Assembly (NCBI RefSeq): GCF_000392435.1
Contig: NC_021219.1
Coordinates: forward strand, 810,001 to 842,000
Direction of reading: 5' to 3'
Origin: Candidatus Saccharimonas aalborgensis
Lineage (GTDB): Bacteria > Patescibacteriota > Saccharimonadia > Saccharimonadales > Saccharimonadaceae
Length of the DNA: 32,000 bases
Under the pieces are notes generated by a model, which did not search any database, was not told the DNA's origin, and was given only the letters and a program-made list of their open reading frames with translations. The translations under genes were made by a program, and so were the position numbers. Shown piece after piece: positions 1-9,101 of the stretch. Numbering within the stretch: position 1 is the stretch's first letter; each line of letters starts with the position of its first letter.

Positions 1-348
1 TTGGCCCTCGACGAAGCTCTGCAATGTCTTGGGAACCCATACATAAAAACGGATTCTACCGGCGACTGAAGCAATCTCAAAGCTGAGGTGTTCTTGGTAT
101 CCCCCATTTGCACGGAGCTCTTTGGCATCGCGCAGGATACCGTGCAGGCTGGCAAACATCTGCTCGGCGGCAAGCTCACTCTTGTCATTCGCCTTTGGAA
201 TCTCAAGCGCCAGGAGGACACTCTCGACATCTCTTACCATATCGATGCGTTGATAATTGCGCCATGTCAGGTAGAGAAGGATGACAACAATAGGTACCCA
301 GACGTACCATTGAAGCAACAGAGAGACAAACCACGTGATAAATGCCAT
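1..348 (-). CDS. N-terminal TM-anchored hypothetical protein, partial (3' end outside window)
   Basis: Manual minus-strand translation from ATG at 348: MAFITWFVSLLLQWYVWVPIVVILLYLTWRNYQRIDMVRDVESVLLALEIPKAND..., open to the window edge. Not in the ORF track because it runs off the window. Confidence 0.7.
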   Translation of the reverse strand, partial: MAFITWFVSLLLQWYVWVPIVVILLYLTWRNYQRIDMVRDVESVLLALEIPKANDKSELAAEQMFASLHGILRDAKELRANGGYQEHLSFEIASVAGRIRFYVWVPKTLQSFVEGQ

Positions 349-418
349 AACTTAGTGCTTCTCATTATATCATACCTCTGTTAATTTTGCAAGAGTAAGC
401 ATGATCAGATAATGACAA

Positions 419-468
419 AACCCGCCACCGGCGAGTCGTGCGCACTCGCATGGTGCGAGTAGCGGGTT
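419..468 (-). terminator. Hairpin terminator candidate downstream of the 488-829 gene
   Basis: Outer arms aacccgc/gcgggtt (419-425/462-468) enclosing actcgca-tgg-tgcgagt (444-460). Confidence 0.5.
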
Positions 469-487
469 CTGTCGGTTGGCGGGTTAT

Positions 488-829
488 CTAGTAGTTGGAG
501 ACCACCTGGTACCCCGCATTCCAGACGGCCGTGAGGCCCTCTGCAAATGCCACCATCTCCTCCCAGCCGATCGGGTCACCCTCGACGGGCTTGAAGACGA
601 TTTTGAGGTCCAGCTTGGGGCCGTCGGTGAACTCGAGGGTGATATGGGGGTCATTGCCGGTGGCTTCGATGGTGAGCCGACTCGCCGAATCCCTCCCCTT
701 ATCATCACTGAGCTCTTGGACGATAACGCTCGTTGCGTACCGGTGCACGTGCGCCGTTCCGCCGCGACGGGTCCCACGTCCGGAACCGTAGTACCGGAAT
801 ATCCTGACGGTGCCATTTCTGGTGGACAT
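488..829 (-). CDS. Small orphan hypothetical protein (113 aa)
   Basis: ORF with AAGGA-type SD just upstream of ATG; downstream hairpin. Confidence 0.6.
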   Translation of the reverse strand: MSTRNGTVRIFRYYGSGRGTRRGGTAHVHRYATSVIVQELSDDKGRDSASRLTIEATGNDPHITLEFTDGPKLDLKIVFKPVEGDPIGWEEMVAFAEGLTAVWNAGYQVVSNY

Positions 830-992
830 GTTTCCTTTTTCTACTAGGAAAATTCGGGAGCAAAACGCACCCCGATGAACGTGATTATATACTTTTCATA
901 TAAATAAGTCAAATCAAGGTCTCATAAAGTATACAGCGTAAACAAAAGAGCTCGCTGTGATGCGAGACTCTTATGATTTAGCTTTCGGGGTT

Positions 993-2051
993 TTATTTAC
1001 CGTCAACTTCAGCGAGAGTGTATGTGGCCTTAGCGACACGTTTGAACTCTGATTTGCTCTGGAGGTTGAGGAGAATAGTCGTCTCCTTGACTTGTCGGCT
1101 TTTGAGTACGCGTTTGACAATTTCGTCGCGGTGGAGGGGCTCCCCCGCTTTTTTGAGCACCTTGGTGATAATATCGCTCACGGTACCCTTGCTATAGCCC
1201 CACTCGTCGAGGGCATAGATACCGCGGCCGATGAGGACAAAGCGCTTGTCTTTGATAAGCTCATTGTGGATGGCCTGCGTGGTCACGTCTTTGCGTTTGA
1301 AATCACTCTGCTTGATCGTTTTTGCGATGTCGCTGAAATGGAGTGGTTTACCACCATCAGCGAGGATAACGTAGATCTTGTCGCGGATATTTTTTGGATT
1401 GACGGTAGGCCATTTGACGAGACCCCATACGTCCTTGAGGCTTGCGAGGAGCTTACTGAGGCTTGCGAGCGCACGAACTTGGTTTGGGTTTTCATAGCTG
1501 AGCATATCGTGGAGCTGCTCGATACCAACTGGTTCGCCATGTTTCTTGATAGTTTTGACGATGTCGTCCACCGAAGCGCGTACTTTCTTTTCGTCGCCAT
1601 ACTCTGCGATACCAACGCCCAGATAGTAATTGTCGTTTTCATTGATAACTATTAGCTTTGGTGATAACTCACCGATAAATGCGACATGCGCTTTGGTTTG
1701 AGCCGAAGGAGCTGTGGTGACAAGGCGCGTCGCGAGGTCTTGCACGCGAGCGACGCGGCCGTTTTCGCTAAGATCGCGAATAATGAGTCGCTCTACGTCG
1801 TGGATGGCTGGTATCTTTCCTTCGTCGGCAGCGATTTTGAGACGGATGAGGATGGCTTTTTCGAGCTGGCGGACGCGCTCGCGAGTGATACCGAGTAACT
1901 CGCCGATTTGTTCCAACGTTTCGCGTCGGTCAAAAAGTCCAAAGCGTCGGGTAATAATCTCACGTTCGCGCTCCTGCTCGATGACACGCAAGATGTCTTC
2001 AACGGCCTTCTTCAGAGTTGCTGCAGTATTTTGCTGTGCAGGTTCACTCAT
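993..2051 (-). CDS. Sigma-70 region 4-like HTH protein with HARE-HTH-like domain
   Basis: EREIITRRFGLFDRRETLEQIGELLGITRERVRQLEKAILIRLK matches sigma-70 region 4; 'KPLHFSDIAKTI...TTQAIHNELIKDKRFVLIGRGIYAL' resembles HARE-HTH. Start chosen at MSEPAQ. Confidence 0.8.
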   Translation of the reverse strand: MSEPAQQNTAATLKKAVEDILRVIEQEREREIITRRFGLFDRRETLEQIGELLGITRERVRQLEKAILIRLKIAADEGKIPAIHDVERLIIRDLSENGRVARVQDLATRLVTTAPSAQTKAHVAFIGELSPKLIVINENDNYYLGVGIAEYGDEKKVRASVDDIVKTIKKHGEPVGIEQLHDMLSYENPNQVRALASLSKLLASLKDVWGLVKWPTVNPKNIRDKIYVILADGGKPLHFSDIAKTIKQSDFKRKDVTTQAIHNELIKDKRFVLIGRGIYALDEWGYSKGTVSDIITKVLKKAGEPLHRDEIVKRVLKSRQVKETTILLNLQSKSEFKRVAKATYTLAEVDGK

Positions 2052-2345
2052 TACTTGTATCTCCATTCCTCTCTGCCTCACCTCTGGAAATTATGTTTAC
2101 TATTGAATCTTGGTTTTGATTATAGAACAATATTTCCAAAATGTCAAACCCCAAATTCTCTATGGCATTATTATAGCACAATGTCGACGCTTATGGTAAA
2201 TACTTTTTTGAGACTTTTTATATCAAAAAATGATGGTGAGGCTAACCATCATCTTCAATACTGTCAACTTTCACCCCTGTTTTATTGCTATAGTTGCCAA
2301 TGGAAAACGTGGCAAATATTACACCAGCTATAGCCAATTTTACGA

Positions 2346-2408
2346 AGAGAGCCCGCCCCAGAGGAGCGGTGGACCGAAGCCGGGGTGACGGCTTGGGACG
2401 GGCTCTCT
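2346..2408 (-). terminator. Hairpin terminator candidate downstream of the 2426-2707 gene
   Basis: 10-nt arms agagagcccg (2346-2355) and cgggctctct (2399-2408). Confidence 0.45.
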
Positions 2409-2425
2409 CTGGTGCGGGCTGGAGC

Positions 2426-2707
2426 TCACACCTCGATGTTGTTCGGGGGCCTGAGAGGGTGGCTGTTCCTGTTGAGCAGCCAAAAGGCGCTACAGCCGCC
2501 GAGGGCCCACCAGAAGTCACTGGCGAGTTGGTGCTGGTGACGTAATAGCTCACCCCCAAGCCACCCACCCAGCGTCCAGCCGGCGACTCCTACGGGGAAC
2601 CAGGTCCCCCGTAGGATCTCGTACCTGAAGACGGCTCTGACGATGAGCCAGAGGAGCAGGCCGACCATCAGGCCGCTGATGTAGATCTCGAACGGGATGC
2701 TGTTCAT
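2426..2707 (-). CDS. Small membrane hypothetical protein
   Basis: MNSIPFEIYISGLMVGLLLWLIVRAVFRYEILRG...; hydrophobic segments; AAAGG SD upstream of the chosen start. Confidence 0.55.
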   Translation of the reverse strand: MNSIPFEIYISGLMVGLLLWLIVRAVFRYEILRGTWFPVGVAGWTLGGWLGGELLRHQHQLASDFWWALGGCSAFWLLNRNSHPLRPPNNIEV

Positions 2708-2811
2708 CTCAGATGCCTTTCTCGAGAGGAGCTGACAGGAGTCGAAGAGACTCAAGTTCGTACGTAATTATATCAAATAACGGTATAAAAGTCAATATCT
2801 GATAGAGGTAG

Positions 2812-5142
2812 TTATGCCTTTTTGCGTCGTGGGATGCGGCGTGCTTTGCCTTTTGCTGGCGCTGATTCTAAGAGCTGTTTTGCTTCTGATTCTTTGATAG
2901 TCTTGGGGTCAGTATCTTTTGGTATCTTGGCATTTTTTTTGCCATCGGTGATGTAGGGACCAAAGCGGCCGTTGAGGATTTTTATCGTACCAAAGTCGGC
3001 AATAGTTTTTTCGGCTTCGGCGTGTAACTTAGCAGAGTAGAGCTCGCGTGCATCAGCGAGCGCGATAGTACGAGGATCGTGGTCCTTGATCGAGACAAAC
3101 AGCTTGCCAACTTGGATATAGGGGCCAAAGCGGCCGACGTTTGCCTTGATGTCTTGACCATCTTCTGTCTGACCGACGAGTCGTGGTAAGGTAAAGGCTT
3201 CAAGCGCTTGCTCGAGTGTCACCGAATCGATACTCGTACCTTTTGGCAATGGCGCAAACTGGGGTTTATTTCCCTCCTCGGTGTTACCGAGCTGGAGCAT
3301 CGGACCATAGCGGCCAAAACGAGCGATAATAGGCTGATTGGTTTTGGGATCAAGACCAATCTCTTTACTATGTCCCACACTGCTGCGGTCGATATCTCCC
3401 GATTTCTCAATGAGCTGATGAAAGGGTGTATAGAACTCTTGGAGCATCATATTTCGCGGTAACTTGTCTCCGGCGATATCGTCGAAGTGCTCTTCAACAC
3501 TAGCGGTAAAGCCATAGTCGATCACTTGATTGAAGTGTTTGCCAAGGAAGTCGCTGATGAGTTCACCGGCGGGCGTTGGTACTAATTTACCTCTGTTGGA
3601 ACCGGTTTTTTCTTGCTCGATTTCGCGATGAACCGTATCGTCGATAAGCTGGAGTACGATAAGATCACGTGGCATGCCTTCGGACTCACCTTTCTCGGCA
3701 TAGCCACGGGCTTGAACCGTATTGATGATCGTCGCGTAGGTACTTGGTCGGCCGATACCGAGCTCCTCAAGCTTTTTGACGAGCATACCCTCGGTGTAGC
3801 GGGCGGGTGGTCGTGCGAAGACCTGACGTGCCTCAAGGCTATAGACGGCAAGTGAATCCTTGGTGGACAGGGCGGGCAGCAGCGTGTCTTCCTTGCCACC
3901 GCCATAAACGCGCAGGAAACCATCAAAGATAACGACTTGACCTTTCGCTTCAAACACGAGCTGTCGAGGCGCTACATTGGGAAGTGATGCGGCGTTCACT
4001 ATGTCAATTGTGATAGTAGTGTTTTCCAGTGTTGCTGCTGCCATCTGACTTGCAAGGGTGCGGCGGCGAATGAGGTCATACAGTTTTTGGTCGTAGTCGC
4101 TCCCACTGACTGATTCACGACTAATGTCGGTAGGACGAATTGCCTCATGGGCCTCCTGCGCCCCCGCAGATTTGGTGGTAAATTTGCGTACATGGCTATA
4201 CTCCACCCCGTAAAGACGCTTGATGTAGTCGGCAGCAGCCGAGATGGCCTGTGTCGAGAGATTGACGCTGTCAGTACGCATATAGGTGATCTTACCTTCT
4301 TGGTAGAGCTTTTGTGCAGTCGACATGGTGGTGCGACTACTGAAACCAAGCTTACTGTTTGCTTCCTGTTGCAAGGTGCTGGTCGTAAACGGTGCTGCAG
4401 GATTGCGCGTGGAGGGACTTGTCGAAATATCACTTACCGTATACTGGGCAGTTTTGACACTTTCGAGGAATGCTCGGGCAGTCTCCTCGGTATCAAAACG
4501 CTGTCGAAGCTCGGCCTTGAACTCATGACCGTTGTGGGTAAAAATAGCGACGACCTTGAACTGCGATGTGCTCTCAAAGGCGCGGATTTCGCGTTCACGC
4601 TCGACGAGCAGGCGGACGGCGGGGCTTTGTACCCTTCCGGCACTCTTGCCGCCAGGTACTTTTTGCCAGACGACGGGACTGAGCTCAAACCCGACGATGC
4701 GGTCGAGAATCTGTCGGGCCTGCTGCGCCTCGACAAGTTTCATGTCAACGGTGCGCGGGTGAGCGACTGCCTCTTCGATAGCGGACTTGGTAATTTCATG
4801 AAAAACAATACGGTTTGTCGTCGCGGGATTGAGCTTGAGGACTTCACAGAGGTGCCACGCAATGGCTTCGCCTTCTCGGTCTTCATCGGTTGCCAGCCAG
4901 ACGGTCTCGGCTGCTTTGACGGCTTTTTTTAGTTCGGCGATTGTCTTTTTCTTTTCGGGGTCTATTTCGTAGGTAGTAGCAAAGCCATTTTTGACATCTA
5001 TGGGCGGTGTACCGTCCTTTGTTTTCTTGGCGATGCTACGAATATGCCCGATAGAGCTAAGAACCTTGAAGTCTTTTCCAAGGTATTTTTCGATAGTTTT
5101 TGCCTTTGCGGGCGACTCAACGATAACGAGATGTTTGCTCAT
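2812..5142 (-). CDS. topA: DNA topoisomerase I
   Basis: MSKHLVIVESPAKAKTIEKYLGKDFKVLSSIGHIRSI..., active-site region EGKITYMRTDSVNLS, and C-terminal repeats GRFGPY. Confidence 0.97.
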   Translation of the reverse strand: MSKHLVIVESPAKAKTIEKYLGKDFKVLSSIGHIRSIAKKTKDGTPPIDVKNGFATTYEIDPEKKKTIAELKKAVKAAETVWLATDEDREGEAIAWHLCEVLKLNPATTNRIVFHEITKSAIEEAVAHPRTVDMKLVEAQQARQILDRIVGFELSPVVWQKVPGGKSAGRVQSPAVRLLVEREREIRAFESTSQFKVVAIFTHNGHEFKAELRQRFDTEETARAFLESVKTAQYTVSDISTSPSTRNPAAPFTTSTLQQEANSKLGFSSRTTMSTAQKLYQEGKITYMRTDSVNLSTQAISAAADYIKRLYGVEYSHVRKFTTKSAGAQEAHEAIRPTDISRESVSGSDYDQKLYDLIRRRTLASQMAAATLENTTITIDIVNAASLPNVAPRQLVFEAKGQVVIFDGFLRVYGGGKEDTLLPALSTKDSLAVYSLEARQVFARPPARYTEGMLVKKLEELGIGRPSTYATIINTVQARGYAEKGESEGMPRDLIVLQLIDDTVHREIEQEKTGSNRGKLVPTPAGELISDFLGKHFNQVIDYGFTASVEEHFDDIAGDKLPRNMMLQEFYTPFHQLIEKSGDIDRSSVGHSKEIGLDPKTNQPIIARFGRYGPMLQLGNTEEGNKPQFAPLPKGTSIDSVTLEQALEAFTLPRLVGQTEDGQDIKANVGRFGPYIQVGKLFVSIKDHDPRTIALADARELYSAKLHAEAEKTIADFGTIKILNGRFGPYITDGKKNAKIPKDTDPKTIKESEAKQLLESAPAKGKARRIPRRKKA

Positions 5143-5252
5143 GTGTATCACCTACTATATATGAATGTTGGCGTCTGGGCCACAAATCCAAGTCCGTATA
5201 GTACGCGTCTCCTACTAAGATTGCAAGTCAAAAGTAGGCGTAGTACGAAAAT

Positions 5253-5301
5253 CCGCCCCGAAAGGCGCTGAGCCGAGGGCTCGAAGCGGATTTCGGGGCG
5301 G
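5253..5301 (-). terminator. Large nested hairpin, terminator candidate for the 5327-5662 gene
   Basis: 11-nt arms ccgccccgaaa (5253-5263) / tttcggggcgg (5291-5301) enclosing gagcc-gag-ggctc; minus strand continues with ATTTTCG. Confidence 0.55.
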
Positions 5302-5326
5302 CAGAGGCCCTTATGGTGGCTGGCGG

Positions 5327-5662
5327 CTACTGGCGCGGAGGATTCACAAGAGCCCGGTGCTGGTAGATCACGCAGGCGTTGCGGACCGTGTTTGTCTCTG
5401 TGCGCGGCTCATTGGTGGGCCGTGTCTCCTGGATGTTGAGCATCGCATAGAGTGCGCTGAAATCGAGGTCTCCCCAAGCGTACGCGTTGAAGAGGTTTGC
5501 CCACTCACTGGAATGAGCTTGACCCGACTCGCGGACCAGCTCGGCGTAAGCGGCGAGCAGCTCGCCAAGCAGATGGCGATGGGTCGCGAGGTCCAGCCGG
5601 GCTGCCTCCGCCTCAGAAGTGAGCACGGCGATGTGCGTTTTGCGCAGATCGTTATACATCAT
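5327..5662 (-). CDS. Small orphan hypothetical protein
   Basis: ORF of 111 aa with strong SD (GGGAGGGAATGATG) and nearby hairpins. Confidence 0.55.
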   Translation of the reverse strand: MMYNDLRKTHIAVLTSEAEAARLDLATHRHLLGELLAAYAELVRESGQAHSSEWANLFNAYAWGDLDFSALYAMLNIQETRPTNEPRTETNTVRNACVIYQHRALVNPPRQ

Positions 5663-5738
5663 TCCCTCCCAGGATGATTGTCAGTAAGCAAGGGCTTCCC
5701 TCTACAGTAGAGGGCTAAAAAATATTATTACACTAATT

Positions 5739-6599
5739 CTAGTATATTGTCCACTGATTTGCGCCGAGCGAGCGGATGGTGCCGTTTACCTCAAGCATGC
5801 TCAAGGCAGTTGAGAGCGAGGCTGCATCGAGGCCCGTCTGGCGCTGAATAAGTTCGCCATCATGAACACCGTTTTGTAGTTGCTCGATGATCAACCGTTC
5901 AGTGGGGCTATATGTCAGTATCTGATGTGCTGGTGCCGAGAGGAGTTCGGGCGCGAGGATCTCAAGAATATCGTCTGAGCAGGTTACGGGGTGGGCTCCT
6001 TGTTTGATAAGCGCATTGCAGCCGGCGCTCAAAGGACTGGTAATATTGCCCGGGACAACAAATACGTCTTTGCCCTGCTCAAGGGCATGCATCGCCGTAT
6101 TGAGCGTACCGCTTTTTGCACTGGCTTCAGTGATCAATACGGCATCGCTGATACCTGCCACTAGCCGGTTGCGCTCGAGAAAGCTCCATGGGCCGAACTT
6201 TTCATCTGTCGCGTGCTCGGCGATGATAGCACCTCCCTGAGCGATAATACGCTCGCCCAGAGAGCGGTTTGTAAGAGGACGAATCGCGGGGAGTGCGTTC
6301 GCTAGCACCGCGATCGTAGTACCATGCGCTTCGAGTGCGGCACCGTGAGCGATGGCGTCAATCCCGAGGGCGAGGCCGCTGACGATCACCACTCCTTTTT
6401 GCGCCAGTTCAGCGACAATCCGCGACGTCACCTCTTTCCCGTAGGTGGTGGGCTTACGGGTGCCGACCACCGCCAATGTCACTTGGCGCTCCGCGGGAAG
6501 TGTCCCGACAAAGTGCAATGTATTAGGACATTTTGCAATACTACTTAGTATCTTGAGGTAAGGATGTTCCTGGGGTGATAATACGTTGATTTTAAGCAT
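5739..6599 (-). CDS. dprA: DNA processing protein DprA
   Basis: AVVGTRKPTTYGKEVTSRIVAELAQKGVVIVSGLALGIDAIAHGAAL...GKDVFVVPGNITSPLSAGCNALIKQGAHPV, hallmark DprA Rossmann domain. Confidence 0.95.
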   Translation of the reverse strand: MLKINVLSPQEHPYLKILSSIAKCPNTLHFVGTLPAERQVTLAVVGTRKPTTYGKEVTSRIVAELAQKGVVIVSGLALGIDAIAHGAALEAHGTTIAVLANALPAIRPLTNRSLGERIIAQGGAIIAEHATDEKFGPWSFLERNRLVAGISDAVLITEASAKSGTLNTAMHALEQGKDVFVVPGNITSPLSAGCNALIKQGAHPVTCSDDILEILAPELLSAPAHQILTYSPTERLIIEQLQNGVHDGELIQRQTGLDAASLSTALSMLEVNGTIRSLGANQWTIY

Positions 6600-6617
6600 G
6601 ATTTGTTATGAAAAGTG

Positions 6618-6646
6618 TTGACATAATGTCAAGTGTGTGATAATAT
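6618..6646 (+). promoter_or_regulatory. Sigma70-type promoter for structured RNA candidate
   Basis: TTGACA (6618-6623), 17-nt spacer, TAATAT (6641-6646). Confidence 0.7.
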
Positions 6647-6652
6647 GGCTAT

Positions 6653-6907
6653 GATTGATTGATTCTGCGAGAACAATCAACCGCACCTTATACCCCCTAT
6701 TCTAACTTATGTTAGGGTACGCACAAGGTGTGTTATAGTATTCTACCCTCCACTGTAACACCGTTTAGAAAGCCTGGTGCGTATACTAACGCCTTTATCC
6801 GGCGGACCTCGTATTTGTGAGGTGGGTCACGCTAATACCCGATATTCAGGGTGGGATGAAGGCTGAAATGGCGCTAGGTGATGCCCACCCTTACCTAGCG
6901 CCTTTTT
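6653..6907 (+). ncRNA. Unassigned structured small RNA or long leader
   Basis: Promoter upstream; successive stems at 6655-6680 and 6727-6762, a multistem domain, and an intrinsic terminator at 6870-6907; no credible ORF. Confidence 0.5.
6870..6907 (+). terminator. Intrinsic terminator
   Basis: ggcgctaggt (6870-6879) / acctagcgcc (6893-6902), then TTTTT. Confidence 0.85.
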
Positions 6908-6927
6908 GGTTGTGTTAAAATACCTCT

Positions 6928-7677
6928 ATGAATTCTTTTGCTCTGATGGTGCTCGCAATCATAGTAGGTAGTGCTCTCTCGCTGATCGGTGGTGCCTTAC
7001 TTTTTTTGACAAAAAAGCGGAGGGCGCACGCTATCACGTATGCGTTGCCATTTGGTGCAGGTGCACTGTTGGCGGCGGCATTTTTTGATCTATTGCCAGA
7101 GAGTTTTGAGATGGGTCAACCAAGAGAATTGCTCGTGTGGGTACTTGTAGGCTTCATCATATTCTTTTTACTCGAGCGGAGCTCGACGTGGTTTCACCAT
7201 CATCATGAGCATAAGCTGGGAGCAAAAAATACTTCTCAAAACCTTCTGGTGATGACGGGAGATCTCGTCCATAACATTATCGATGGTATTGCCATTGGGG
7301 CGGCATTTGTGGTTAATCCCGTGAGCGGGTTTGTGACGACACTCGCAGTGAGTGCACATGAAATTCCCAAGGAGTTAGGGACATTTGGTATCCTTCTGTC
7401 GCGCGGGTGGCATGATCGTAAGGTGTTGCTCGCGAACATCATGACCGCAGTTGGCACGCTGCTTGCTGCCACGACCGTCTATCTGCTCGGTACAACAGTA
7501 AAGATACCCGAAGCCGAACTATTAGCCCTCACCAGTGGTTTCTTCATCTACGTAGCAGCGAGCGACATTATTCCCGATATTCACGAGCAACCCCGGCGCG
7601 TGGGAACGCTGCAGGCACTTGTATTGGTTATGGCACTTGTGATGGTTGCCGCTATTATTAAGCTTCTCGGTGTGTAG
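6928..7677 (+). CDS. ZIP family metal transporter
   Basis: Multi-TM protein with HHHHEH loop and 'GDLVHNIIDGIAIGAAF...AVSAHEIPKELGTFGILL' ZIP signature. Confidence 0.93.
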   Translation: MNSFALMVLAIIVGSALSLIGGALLFLTKKRRAHAITYALPFGAGALLAAAFFDLLPESFEMGQPRELLVWVLVGFIIFFLLERSSTWFHHHHEHKLGAKNTSQNLLVMTGDLVHNIIDGIAIGAAFVVNPVSGFVTTLAVSAHEIPKELGTFGILLSRGWHDRKVLLANIMTAVGTLLAATTVYLLGTTVKIPEAELLALTSGFFIYVAASDIIPDIHEQPRRVGTLQALVLVMALVMVAAIIKLLGV

Positions 7678-8221
7678 TTACTGCAAAGTCACCAGCAAGG
7701 AACGCGTCGATAAGTGATGTGACTTTTGGGAGCAGCGCTGCTAACTGCTGCTGCTCTGCTGCGGAGAGTTTGCCCAGCACAACATCGGTTGCCTCTCGAC
7801 CCTCATGGGTATCATCCCATACGCCAATGCGAAGCCGGCACGTTGTTTCACCAAGGTGGCTGGTGAGGGATTTGAGACCATTATTGCCGCCACTACTGCC
7901 GCCAATTCGCGTTCTTACGGTGCCAAGGGGTAGCGCAAGGTCGTCGTGAATAATCAAGGTGTCTTCGGGCGCGATTTTATAAAAATCGCTGATAGCACGC
8001 GCTGACTCGCCAACCAAATTATAGTAGGTCGTGGGTTTTGCGATGATGACATGCTGACCACTGGGGGCTACATACTCTGCTGTGATTGCATGAAATTTCT
8101 TCTGTTTTTGCCAGCTAGCATGCCATTGCCCGACAAGATGGTCGGCAATAAAAAACCCAATATTATGACGGGTCCCGTCATAGCGTTTCTCTGGATTGCC
8201 GAGTGCAATGATAAGTTTCAT
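7658..8221 (-). CDS. pth: Peptidyl-tRNA hydrolase
   Basis: MKLIIALGNPEKRYDGTRHNIGFFIADHL...KPTTYYNLVGESARAISDFYK...LIIHDDLALPLGTVRTRIGGSSGGNNGLKSL. Confidence 0.96.
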   Translation of the reverse strand: MKLIIALGNPEKRYDGTRHNIGFFIADHLVGQWHASWQKQKKFHAITAEYVAPSGQHVIIAKPTTYYNLVGESARAISDFYKIAPEDTLIIHDDLALPLGTVRTRIGGSSGGNNGLKSLTSHLGETTCRLRIGVWDDTHEGREATDVVLGKLSAAEQQQLAALLPKVTSLIDAFLAGDFAVTTHREA

Positions 8222-8329
8222 ACGTATCATTATAAACCACTGTAAAAGATGACAAAGATCATTACTTAGGCAATTATATACTTGATGTCACCAAATCACA
8301 CTAAAGGCGGCTATTCTTGAAAAGTAAAG

Positions 8330-8560
8330 CTACCTGTCATTTTCTAAATCTTCGATCTCTTTGCGTTGATCTTTGACCCACTTTGCAACTTCGTTATTCG
8401 TCATAGGCGGGGCTTGCGACATTTCTTTTACCGCGTCCTGAAAAGCAGCGCCAACTCTTACGCGGCGCTCATTTTCGCGTACAGGCTTTTCTTGATCGGC
8501 TTTAATTTGAGCCTCTAGCTCCTTGATCTCTGCCTTAGTCGGCTTTTTATCTGTTGTCAT
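8330..8560 (-). CDS. Small hypothetical protein
   Basis: MTTDKKPTKAEIKELEAQIKADQEK...; consensus TATAAT six nt upstream of the chosen ATG. Confidence 0.6.
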   Translation of the reverse strand: MTTDKKPTKAEIKELEAQIKADQEKPVRENERRVRVGAAFQDAVKEMSQAPPMTNNEVAKWVKDQRKEIEDLENDR

Positions 8561-8592
8561 GCCTTGATTATAACAAAACGCCACGACATTAT

Positions 8593-9036
8593 TTAGTGAT
8601 ACAATACATATGCACTTTTGCAGACGTCTCGATAGAGCCGCTCTGCTTCTGTCCTGTCAAAAGTACCTGCATCGTAATCAATTATCTTATAGTTAAAGTC
8701 ATCGTATGGCATGACGTACCGCGCATTACCATACCACGGCACTTCATCAAACTTTTTGATGAGTTTTTGCCATAACCTCCCACATTCGGTTTCGTTCATC
8801 AGGCGCATCGTATATATCACGCCACTATGATGCCGGAGGATTGCCATGCAAATGAAATCAAATTGTTGTGCGGCAGGCTCGAGGCCCGCCATATACCGCA
8901 CTGTGTCGACTTCTGGGCCTGACATCTGGTGCTGCTCACCGTTTTTGCCGCTGATGTAGTGGCCTTTGCTGTCGAACCAGTGCGGTTCATCTGGGCGGAT
9001 GTATCTGACTGAAGTGAAGCGAGGGAGATAGAGCAT
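8593..9036 (-). CDS. Hypothetical protein
   Basis: MLYLPRFTSVRYIRPDEPHWFDSKGHYISG...; extended -10 (TGC-TACACT) six nt upstream. Confidence 0.55.
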   Translation of the reverse strand: MLYLPRFTSVRYIRPDEPHWFDSKGHYISGKNGEQHQMSGPEVDTVRYMAGLEPAAQQFDFICMAILRHHSGVIYTMRLMNETECGRLWQKLIKKFDEVPWYGNARYVMPYDDFNYKIIDYDAGTFDRTEAERLYRDVCKSAYVLYH

Positions 9037-9101
9037 GGTCTTAGTGTAGCATCCGATCCCTCTATTCCCATAAATACACCTTAGCGCTATACTAAACAAT
9101 A

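Noticed and set aside
2242-2568. 108-aa minus-strand ORF overlapping the 2426-2707 gene and its hairpin
   Set aside because: Mostly low-complexity translation through a terminator-like structure. The C-terminal hydrophobic segment (LFVKLAIAGVIFATFSIGN) is curious but unsupported as a separate gene.
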